From assembly GCA_032249135.1 (NCBI GenBank), contig JAVVGL010000008.1, positions 3,211-67,210 on the forward strand: DNA of 64,000 nt, given 5' to 3'. The notes under the pieces are model-generated. The model was given only the letters and a program-made list of their open reading frames with translations, was not told the origin of the DNA and searched no databases. Positions 1-7,333 of the stretch are shown one piece after another. The stretch's first letter is position 1; each line of letters begins with the position of its first letter. The position numbers were made by a program, and so were the translations under genes. This DNA is from Candidatus Calescibacterium sp. (lineage in GTDB: Bacteria > Calescibacteriota > Calescibacteriia > Calescibacteriales > Calescibacteriaceae).

Positions 1-111
1 GATGATAGTATTCAAAAATTTGCTTTTAACGATGTCAAAAATAGAGCAATAGCATCATCAAGGTTTTATCTGATGCTTTTTTGTGCAGAAAAAGCAAATA
101 TATGCTATTAG
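1..111 (+). CDS. 3' end (last 36 codons) of a toxin gene that starts upstream of the window; tail paralogous to that of the 721..2067 product
   Basis: Frame 1 is open from nt 1 to TAG at 109-111 and reads DDSIQKFAFNDVKNRAIASSRFYLMLFCAEKANICY*. This aligns without gaps to the last 36 aa of the 721..2067 protein (DGNIQKDAHWEVKSKATDSTKYHLDLFCKGLGGICY*), about 16/36 identical including LFC and the terminal ICY. The same 19-nt stop/start junction follows. Confidence 0.6.
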   Translation, partial: DDSIQKFAFNDVKNRAIASSRFYLMLFCAEKANICY

Positions 112-167
112 GATTTTTTATACTTTCTTATTTCCAATATTTTTGCCTCATGAGAGAAGAAGCATAG
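102..167 (+). pseudogene. Decayed duplicate of the 5' end of the small paralog gene (21-codon remnant)
   Basis: ATG at 102 overlaps the toxin stop exactly as at 2058 and starts MLLGF like paralog 2. A T6 run replaces the T5 run, and the frame ends at TAG 165-167. The functional-looking start is re-created at 170. Confidence 0.35.
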
Positions 168-169
168 GT

Positions 170-694
170 ATGTTATTGTTATTAGGATTTTTAACATTCG
201 TGTGGATTTTTGGAAATTCATCTGAGTCAAGAAATTTTAGTTATACCTTGGCGATTAATCCTTTACCTGTTCTAGTGGGTATCACACGTGAAGCATCTAT
301 TGTAATTTGGATTCCAGGAATAAATTTTGAGTCAAAACTTAAAGAGAATTTTTCGCTGAATTTTGAATTAAATAATGTGTTTTTAATTTTCCCCTTTGAA
401 CTAGAAGTAGGAGTTAGGGAATATTTGAAGGGAGGAGGTATTAAAGGTTTTTATCTTTATCAAGGAATAGCAGGTACGCTTACCTATTTTTTTAATGGTA
501 AATTTGAAGTTATACCAAACTTAACACTGACTTTTGGGGATAAATATATTTCTCGGAAAGGTTTTACCTTAGATCGTTTTATAGGTTTAAAAATAGTGTA
601 TGGTGGAGGTTTTTTCAGCGAATATTTGTCTATCGGATCTCTTAAGTTTGGAATTCTGCCAGCCATAGGTTTATATTTAGGTTATAGTTGGTAA
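170..694 (+). CDS. Small beta-barrel-like secreted/membrane protein, paralog 1 of 3 (candidate immunity protein)
   Basis: ATG at 170 gives the hydrophobic N-terminus MLLLLGFLTFVWIF. It shares with 2058..2534 and 2599..3102 the blocks INPL, PGINFE, FSLNFELNN, E-x-G-x-REYL, GFYLYQG, KGFT-x-D and the C-terminal LGLYLGYSW. The ORF-track GTG at 83 would read through the decayed duplicate. Confidence 0.6.
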   Translation: MLLLLGFLTFVWIFGNSSESRNFSYTLAINPLPVLVGITREASIVIWIPGINFESKLKENFSLNFELNNVFLIFPFELEVGVREYLKGGGIKGFYLYQGIAGTLTYFFNGKFEVIPNLTLTFGDKYISRKGFTLDRFIGLKIVYGGGFFSEYLSIGSLKFGILPAIGLYLGYSW

Positions 695-720
695 GTTTTA
701 TGCAGAATGATTAAACTACT

Positions 721-2067
721 ATGATGGATTGGAGAGGAGTGCCAATAGCTATATACGGCGAATTAGGGAAGGAGATATGGAGAGGGGAATTTGGTCCATT
801 TGGAGAGCCATTGTATGAAAGAGGTGTTGTAAGCAACTACATTCCATTCAGATTGTATGGTATGTATAAGGATATGGAGACGGGTTTATATTATAATGTG
901 AGGAGGTATTATGATTGGAGAGTAGGAAGGTATTTGCAACCTGACCCTGTTTCTGACTTGAATTTGTATGTGTATGGGAGTAACTCGCCGTATGATGCAG
1001 TTGATCCGGTGGAAATGTTTGAAGTAGGAGTGAAATGGAGCCCCTATTTTGTGCCGCTTTTGCATGTTGGCGTTGATCCTAACCATGAAGAAATTACAGA
1101 GAGTGCAATTAGTGAACTTTATGGAGCATATCCAGGAAAATATTCAAAATTATACCAATATGGCTTTAGGTTAGATGATTGGAGAGGAGTGTATTTTAGG
1201 ATTGGCACTTTGACTTTTCAATGTAGAACTGGTACAGATGTTAGACCTGATGCAGATAGGGTAGCGCAAGGAACAAATATAGCGGATTGCCTCTTTTTAA
1301 ATGACTCCTCTTACCATTGTGATAACAGCAATTTTGATGGATGCGATGAAAAAGGGTTTATGGTAATGAACCCGGTCAGCAATGGTTTAGTAACTTGCCA
1401 GTGTAGTGGTGGAGGAGGCAGTGGAGGCGGTGGAGGTAGGGGAAGAGGAGGAGGTGAAGGAGGTGGTGCAGGTTGTTCAGTTGCTAAACAAAGGTTGAAG
1501 AATAAAGGTTATGACCGATGTCAATATTTTTTCCCTTCTAGACCCGAGGAATGTAAGTGCGTTTGTTCTTTTAAGGTAGCTATCTCCCCTGATATTAGGG
1601 ATTTGGGGCAAATGGATTACGAAAAACTCGGAAGGTTACTTCATCCTATACAGGACTTTTGGTCTCATTCCACAGCTATATATGTTCCTGGTTGTAAGAC
1701 GAAAAAATGTGTTAAAAAAGTTCTTGGTGTATGCCTTGATGAGGAATGTGCAGAGTATTATAGGAATTATAATTGGACCAATCTTGACATACCTATGAGA
1801 ACTCAAGCAGGAAATGTAGGTCTCAGGACAGGTTGGTTTGGGGCTAATGGATGGTCTGCCTTAGAAGATGTTGCTTGTTTATGGCCCCCATGTAATGCGC
1901 ACTGTATGTTAAATAAAGATGATGGTAGTTTTGATAGGGATGATTTTAGCCCGTGTGACGGAAACATTCAAAAGGATGCTCACTGGGAAGTAAAAAGCAA
2001 AGCAACAGATTCAACGAAATATCATTTAGATCTGTTCTGTAAAGGACTTGGAGGAATATGCTATTAG
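721..2067 (+). CDS. Orphan Rhs-core C-terminal fragment fused to a Cys-rich HET-C / Zn-phospholipase-C-fold-like toxin domain
   Basis: The N-terminus has GLYYNVRRYYDWRVGRYLQPDP...NLYVYGSNSPYDAVDPVEM, matching the Rhs repeat-associated core end (YYxxRYYDPxxGRF..DP..NLYxY..N.P...DPxGL). No YD-repeat shell is present. The tip carries HEEIT, YHCD, LLHPIQDFWSHS, AHCMLNKDD, 21 Cys and a poly-Gly insert. Confidence 0.65.
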   Translation: MMDWRGVPIAIYGELGKEIWRGEFGPFGEPLYERGVVSNYIPFRLYGMYKDMETGLYYNVRRYYDWRVGRYLQPDPVSDLNLYVYGSNSPYDAVDPVEMFEVGVKWSPYFVPLLHVGVDPNHEEITESAISELYGAYPGKYSKLYQYGFRLDDWRGVYFRIGTLTFQCRTGTDVRPDADRVAQGTNIADCLFLNDSSYHCDNSNFDGCDEKGFMVMNPVSNGLVTCQCSGGGGSGGGGGRGRGGGEGGGAGCSVAKQRLKNKGYDRCQYFFPSRPEECKCVCSFKVAISPDIRDLGQMDYEKLGRLLHPIQDFWSHSTAIYVPGCKTKKCVKKVLGVCLDEECAEYYRNYNWTNLDIPMRTQAGNVGLRTGWFGANGWSALEDVACLWPPCNAHCMLNKDDGSFDRDDFSPCDGNIQKDAHWEVKSKATDSTKYHLDLFCKGLGGICY

Positions 2068-2534
2068 GATTTTTAATTCTTTTACTGATATCTGAGACTT
2101 CAGAAAAAAGGTTTGGTCATAAATACTCACTGAGTATTAATCCTTTGGCTGTTTTTATTGGAGTTGCAGGTCATGCGGGGGGAATAATTTTACCAAATCC
2201 TGGAATAAATTTTGAGGCGAAAGGAGGAGGTAATTGGTCATTTAACTTTGAAATTAATGCAATATTTTTTATTCCTACTGAAATAGAGGTGGGGATTAGG
2301 GAATATTTAAAGAAGGAAAAAGAATTTAGAGGATTTTACCTTTATCAGGGATTAGCTTTTGGATGGACAAATTTCGTATTTGGTTTATATATACCAAACC
2401 TAATTTTGGCGGTTGGCTATAAGAATGTTTCTGCAAAAGGTTTTACCATAGACCCAATTTTAGGTTTAAGAGCAGTATATACTGCTTTTGTAGTATTACC
2501 AGTTTTGGGATTATATTTAGGTCGTACTTGGTGA
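2058..2534 (+). CDS. Small beta-barrel-like protein, paralog 2 of 3 (candidate cognate immunity of the 721..2067 toxin)
   Basis: Its ATG overlaps the toxin 3' end by 10 nt (ATATGCTATTAG). It carries the family blocks INPL, PGINFE, FNFEINA, EVGIREYL, GFYLYQG, KGFTID and ends LGLYLGRTW. Confidence 0.65.
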   Translation: MLLGFLILLLISETSEKRFGHKYSLSINPLAVFIGVAGHAGGIILPNPGINFEAKGGGNWSFNFEINAIFFIPTEIEVGIREYLKKEKEFRGFYLYQGLAFGWTNFVFGLYIPNLILAVGYKNVSAKGFTIDPILGLRAVYTAFVVLPVLGLYLGRTW

Positions 2535-2598
2535 GTTTTGTATAGGAGATACGGTACGTTAGAGTATAGTTTTTGAGTGAATTGAAAGCGATAAATTT

Positions 2599-3102
2599 AT
2601 GCTTCTAATTTTAATATTTGGGTTAATTTCAGAAGTTCGGGATGGAGACTTAGAAATGAGATATAAGTGCACTATATCTACTAACCTTTTTTCTATTGTT
2701 TTTCTGGAGGCAGAACATGGGGTTTTACCTCTTCCTTCTCCCGGGATAAATTTTGAGTTAAGGATTTCAAAGAAGTTTTCATTTAACTTTGAACTAAATA
2801 ATGTACTTTTTGTTCTTCCCCATGAGGGAGAATTAGGTATCAGGGAGTATTTAGGGAAGAAAGATTTTGAAGGTTTCTATCTTTATCAAGGGTTTGCAAT
2901 TGGATTACCTATATCTTACCGTCCTGATAGATCTTTTATTCCAACTGATCCCAGTTTAGTATTAATAGCTGGTCATAAATCTATTGAAGATAGTGGATTT
3001 ACAATTGATCCTTTTTTGGGAGCAAAGATATTTTATGCGACGGAGGAAAAAAGGATAATTTCTACCCCAGCATTAGGTTTATATTTAGGTTATAGCTGGT
3101 AG
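2599..3102 (+). CDS. Small beta-barrel-like protein, paralog 3 of 3
   Basis: Same family blocks (PGINFE, FSFNFELNN, LGIREYL, GFYLYQG, SGFTIDP, ALGLYLGYSW). It is diverged from paralogs 1 and 2 (roughly 35-45% identity by eye). Confidence 0.6.
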   Translation: MLLILIFGLISEVRDGDLEMRYKCTISTNLFSIVFLEAEHGVLPLPSPGINFELRISKKFSFNFELNNVLFVLPHEGELGIREYLGKKDFEGFYLYQGFAIGLPISYRPDRSFIPTDPSLVLIAGHKSIEDSGFTIDPFLGAKIFYATEEKRIISTPALGLYLGYSW

Positions 3103-3450
3103 ATTACGAATTGATTATGTTTCCATTATACATTTGGAATTTACATTCCTACGCAAAACTGTTATTTCAATATCTTTGGTAGCTTACCTTATGAAGATAA
3201 TAAGTTTGCAATTGAACTTGGGTTCTTTATTGTGTCTTTCATTTTATAGGGTGCTGTTGGGAGGTTCCGAGCCTTTTGTCCTTGTACCTCGTCTTCGCTT
3301 TCAAAGAAAGGTAAAGGCGGAAGATAGTGAAAGATGTATCAGCAGGGGGCAAGTTGAAGTCAGCAATAAAGTGGGTCAGCAGAGACAATTTTGTAAATAA
3401 AAACCAGTAACAAACAAAATGAAAAAGATAAAAATAAAATTATTTGATAC

Positions 3451-5034
3451 ATGAGGAAATTAAAGTGGAACGGATGGGGATATGAGGGAGAGGAGTTCCC
3501 GCAAGATAGGGTAAAAAAAATTATTGATATATTGCAATCTTTTTTGGGAATTTCAGAGGAAGATTTCTCTCCATCTATAAATCTTGAACAAATAAATTTG
3601 CCAGAAGCAAAAATAGATTATCAATTGCTTCAGAAAAAATTGAAAGCATCTTCTGTTAGTGTTGAAAAGTACGATAGGGTTTTAAATTCATCTGGTAAAA
3701 GCTATAAGAACCTTGTGAGATTAAGAAAGGGTACTATAAAAAAATTTCCAGATGCAGTTGTATATGTAAAAGATAAAAACGATGTTTTTGAAATTCTCTC
3801 TTTCTGTGAAAGTGAAAATGTTGCATGTGTTCCTCGTGGTGGTGGAACAAGTGTCGTCGGGGGAGTTGATGTTGAAGAAATATCATCTCCCGTTTTGGTT
3901 TGTGATTTGACTTATCTTAACAAAGTCATTGATGTAGATGTTAGATCTTTGACGGCTCGGGTTCAGGCAGGGGTGAGAGGACCTCACCTTGAAGAACAAC
4001 TCAGAAATTATGGTCTTGCCCTGAGACATTATCCTCAATCTTTTCATTTTTCTACTTTGGGTGGATGGATAGCTGCAAGATCTGCTGGGCATTTTTCGTC
4101 AAGATACGGAAAAATAGAAGATATGATACAAAGCATTGAAGTTATAACTCCTCGGGGGGTTGTAAAAAATTTTGATGTACCATCAACTGCTTGCGGACCA
4201 GATATACCTCGTACATTTGCTGGTTCTGAGGGTATTTTAGGTATAATAACAGAAGTTGTAGTGAAGTGCCATAAAATACCTACGAAAAAATTTTCAACAG
4301 CTTTTGTTTTCCCTGATTTTGAAACTGCGTGCGATGCAGCAAGAAAAATAGTTCAATCTGAAATATTCCCTCCACTTTTGAGAATACTTGACGAAAGAGA
4401 GTACATGATATCTTCTATCCTTTCAGGTAGAACATATAATGGCGGAGCCCTTTTACTTTTGGGGTTTGAATCAGATGATGAAACGGAAGATATTGTACGA
4501 GCTGAGTTTGAAAAGGCATCGCAAATGTGTATAAAATCCGGCGGAAAAGATGAAGGAAAAATGAGATTTGAAGATTGGAAAAAGGAGTATTTTGAACAGC
4601 CTTATCTTCGCGATGTACTTTTGGATTTCTGTATAGTTGTTGATACTCTTGAAACAGCCACAAGTTGGTCTAACCTTATGAACCTTTATAGAAGAGTAAA
4701 AGAAGCTATAGAGCAAGCTATTTTTTCCGAAACTTTGGGTGGTGTGACTTGTCGTGTAACTCATGTTTACACAACTGGGGCATCTTTGTACTATTCTTTT
4801 TTTGCAAAAGCTCAAAAAGGAAAAGAGGAGGAGCTTTGGTGGAAAATAAAAAAAGCCGCCTCTGATGCTATATCAAACTATGGAGGAACAATCTCTCATC
4901 ATCACGGGGTAGGGAGGGACCACAAGATTTGGGCTCAAAAAGAGCTGAAAGATTCTTTGATTTTTCTCAAAACTTTGAAAATATCTCTTGACCCAAAAAA
5001 TGTTATGAATCCCGGAGCTGTTTTTGATATGTAA
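3451..5034 (+). CDS. FAD-linked oxidase, alkyldihydroxyacetonephosphate synthase (AGPS)-like
   Basis: N-terminal KWNGWGYEGEEF, the PCMH-type FAD motif VPRGGGTSVVGG, and C-terminal ISHHHGVGRDH...LDPKNVMNPG closely mirror the RWNGWGY and HHHGVG hallmarks of alkyl-DHAP synthases. Confidence 0.75.
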   Translation: MRKLKWNGWGYEGEEFPQDRVKKIIDILQSFLGISEEDFSPSINLEQINLPEAKIDYQLLQKKLKASSVSVEKYDRVLNSSGKSYKNLVRLRKGTIKKFPDAVVYVKDKNDVFEILSFCESENVACVPRGGGTSVVGGVDVEEISSPVLVCDLTYLNKVIDVDVRSLTARVQAGVRGPHLEEQLRNYGLALRHYPQSFHFSTLGGWIAARSAGHFSSRYGKIEDMIQSIEVITPRGVVKNFDVPSTACGPDIPRTFAGSEGILGIITEVVVKCHKIPTKKFSTAFVFPDFETACDAARKIVQSEIFPPLLRILDEREYMISSILSGRTYNGGALLLLGFESDDETEDIVRAEFEKASQMCIKSGGKDEGKMRFEDWKKEYFEQPYLRDVLLDFCIVVDTLETATSWSNLMNLYRRVKEAIEQAIFSETLGGVTCRVTHVYTTGASLYYSFFAKAQKGKEEELWWKIKKAASDAISNYGGTISHHHGVGRDHKIWAQKELKDSLIFLKTLKISLDPKNVMNPGAVFDM

Positions 5035-5159
5035 ATTTTGATATAGAATAAATTTTCCGATAACCAATAAAAAACAACTTTTTCTCTCTTTTGAGATTAA
5101 ATTTTATTATATAAAAAAATTTTAAATTTATATAGAAGAAAAAGTGAGGTTTGAGTTTT

Positions 5160-7319
5160 ATGGTTAGAAAAGAAAAAATATTTCTTTTTTCTACTATATT
5201 TTTTATTTTTCCCCTTTTTTTATTTTTCGTTTTTCCATTTTATTCTTATTCCTCCAAAACTTTTGAGTTAAAGATTGCAGAAGCGACAGAATTTTTGAAT
5301 AAAGGTGATCTTATAAATGCATATGTGAGTTTTTCAATAGCCTATGAGTACGCAGAAAATACCAGACAAAAGGCTGATGTAATGGTAAAACTCGGAAATA
5401 TACTTTTCAAATTGGGAGATACATTCGCAGCAGAAAAAACATATGAGAAAGCCCTAACTCTGGATCCCGGAAATTTTGAGATTTTAAAAAAGGTCATAGT
5501 CAGTAAGGCTGAAAATCTATCCCCGGATTTCAAAGCTTATCTTAAAAAAATCCCAAAAGATAAAATAGATTCTGAGATTTTATATTACTGGGGAAAATAT
5601 GTCCTTTTGGCTGAGAAAAATCCAAAAGAAGCGTGTAATATTTTAGATTCTGTAAGGAAAGAATCTGAATTTTTTTATAGAGCTTCTTATCTTTGCGGTA
5701 TAGTCTCGGTTATGAAGGGCGATAGGGATGATGCGGTGAGGAGATTCGAGAGCGCTTCATTATCTCCTGATATAACACTTCGGGACTATTCTCTTCTTGC
5801 ATTGGCGAGAATATATTCCGACTCCGGATATTTTCAGAAGGCTTATCATTATTATTCCAAGATTACAGAGGGTTCTCCTGTTTTTTATGATGCAAAATAT
5901 GAAGTTTGTTGGGTTTTGTATGGGCTTGAAAAATATGGGGAGGCGCGCGAATGCGTTGAATATTATAGAAGGTCAGCCCCTAAATCACATCTTACAAAGA
6001 GAATAGAAGTTCTTTCAGCTTTTTTGACGATGAATGAGGATTTAGTTGGTGCTCTACTTACTTTCACATTTGTCTCTGATTCCGCTGAAATGATATTATC
6101 AAAAATAGTAGAAGTGGAGAGAATGCCGCTAAAATTTTGGGAGAAAGATTATATAGATTATTTTAGCGCACACGACCCAGATATAGTATTATATATACAA
6201 GCCTTCCCTGAATATAAAGATTATCTAAAAAAGAAAACATACATAGAGCAGGTGAAAAGTGAGATAAAATCTATAATTCAAGATATGCAAAAGGTAGGTA
6301 GTATGTCCGTTATCGTTGCTGATAAATCACTTAAAAAGTATTTTGAAAGGGTATGGTTTGTTCAGGAGAGAATAATAAATTTGATTTCCTCTTTTATTGA
6401 AAATAGTATGGAATATGGAGAAAAAAATGTTTGGACCACTCTTTATTCTCTTTCCAAAGAATTAAGAAAACTTGATTTTAAGGCAAGAGAGCTCACCGCA
6501 CTATCAGCTGTAAAATCTCTGGAATTGTATCGTAAAGGCGAAGAGTTCAAAAATTGGGAGAAGAAACTCGAAGTCTACAGAGGAACGATGAATTATACTA
6601 TTGATGAAATTAGGAAATTAGTAGATTATCAGAAAAAATCAGCAAGCTATTTTGTATCGCTTGTAAATGAAATATCATCTGAACATGATAGAGGAGAAAA
6701 TACTAAACTCAAAGAACTCATTCAATATTTTGGAACTTCTCAAGATGTTTTTTTTGATTTTGCAAACTTGTGGCAAGATCTTATACAATCTCTAAATAAA
6801 TTTCTTCTTGTTCAAGAAAGAAAATTGAGGGGTATGTATTTTGTCCTTGATAATTTCAGCCGTTATCTTGATGATTTCAAGAAATCTCTTGTGAGATATA
6901 TTGTCCTCTCTAAACTCAGGCGTGAATTCTTTGAAATATACGCCCTCGCTCAGTACGGTTTTATTGAGGTTGCTTGGATCATCAAAGAGAGCGAATCCGA
7001 AGCATTAAATAGAATGCACTCTATAAGACTTAGGGAAGAGGACAATATCAGAACTAATTTCTCAAAAGTTCAAGATGAATTAAATAAAATAGAAATTCAA
7101 TCAAAGTCAGTAAAATCTGATTCTGTTTTTGAGGAGGAGGTCAGAACTTATGATTCTATATTAAGTGAAATCATAAAAAAAGTGGATACTTCTTCTAATA
7201 TTTTTTCACGTGGGAGCACAATCACTTTTACTCCTCCTCAGGATTTATACCAAATTATTAGCGAATTAGAGAAAAAGTCAAAAGAAGAAACACAAAAAAA
7301 GAAAAAGGGAAGAAAGTAG
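5160..7319 (+). CDS. Membrane-anchored TPR plus long coiled-coil protein
   Basis: ATG at 5160 lies about 10 nt after AAAGTGAGGT (the track start at 5151 is TTG). It has an N-terminal hydrophobic helix, TPR-like repeats (GDLINAYVSFSIAYEY, AEKTYEKALTLDPGN), and a K/E-rich helical C-terminal half. Confidence 0.6.
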   Translation: MVRKEKIFLFSTIFFIFPLFLFFVFPFYSYSSKTFELKIAEATEFLNKGDLINAYVSFSIAYEYAENTRQKADVMVKLGNILFKLGDTFAAEKTYEKALTLDPGNFEILKKVIVSKAENLSPDFKAYLKKIPKDKIDSEILYYWGKYVLLAEKNPKEACNILDSVRKESEFFYRASYLCGIVSVMKGDRDDAVRRFESASLSPDITLRDYSLLALARIYSDSGYFQKAYHYYSKITEGSPVFYDAKYEVCWVLYGLEKYGEARECVEYYRRSAPKSHLTKRIEVLSAFLTMNEDLVGALLTFTFVSDSAEMILSKIVEVERMPLKFWEKDYIDYFSAHDPDIVLYIQAFPEYKDYLKKKTYIEQVKSEIKSIIQDMQKVGSMSVIVADKSLKKYFERVWFVQERIINLISSFIENSMEYGEKNVWTTLYSLSKELRKLDFKARELTALSAVKSLELYRKGEEFKNWEKKLEVYRGTMNYTIDEIRKLVDYQKKSASYFVSLVNEISSEHDRGENTKLKELIQYFGTSQDVFFDFANLWQDLIQSLNKFLLVQERKLRGMYFVLDNFSRYLDDFKKSLVRYIVLSKLRREFFEIYALAQYGFIEVAWIIKESESEALNRMHSIRLREEDNIRTNFSKVQDELNKIEIQSKSVKSDSVFEEEVRTYDSILSEIIKKVDTSSNIFSRGSTITFTPPQDLYQIISELEKKSKEETQKKKKGRK

Positions 7320-7333
7320 GGGGGTAGATTGTT

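Noticed and set aside
50-82. Hairpin agcatca...tgatgct followed by tttttt, which looks like an intrinsic terminator.
   Set aside because: It lies inside the open reading frame that ends at 111, so the coding sequence explains it at least as well. I cannot tell without transcript data.
83-169. The ORF-track start (GTG at 83) for the first small paralog, giving a 203-aa product.
   Set aside because: The first 29 codons overlap the upstream toxin's 3' end and read through the decayed duplicate junction in a different frame. ATG at 170 reproduces the N-terminus seen in paralogs 2 and 3.
3255-3280. The tRNA-like T-arm look-alike ggaggttccgagcctt, and a possible SRP RNA in 3240-3390.
   Set aside because: The loop UUCCGAG violates the T-loop consensus (purine at position 57), and no acceptor or anticodon arms can be drawn. 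No GGAA tetraloop flanked by the SRP domain IV AGCA/CAGG loops sits at the right spacing.
3134-3400. An 88-aa ORF in the gap after paralog 3.
   Set aside because: It has no SD, no family resemblance, and an odd composition. The region is better treated as non-coding or a candidate RNA.
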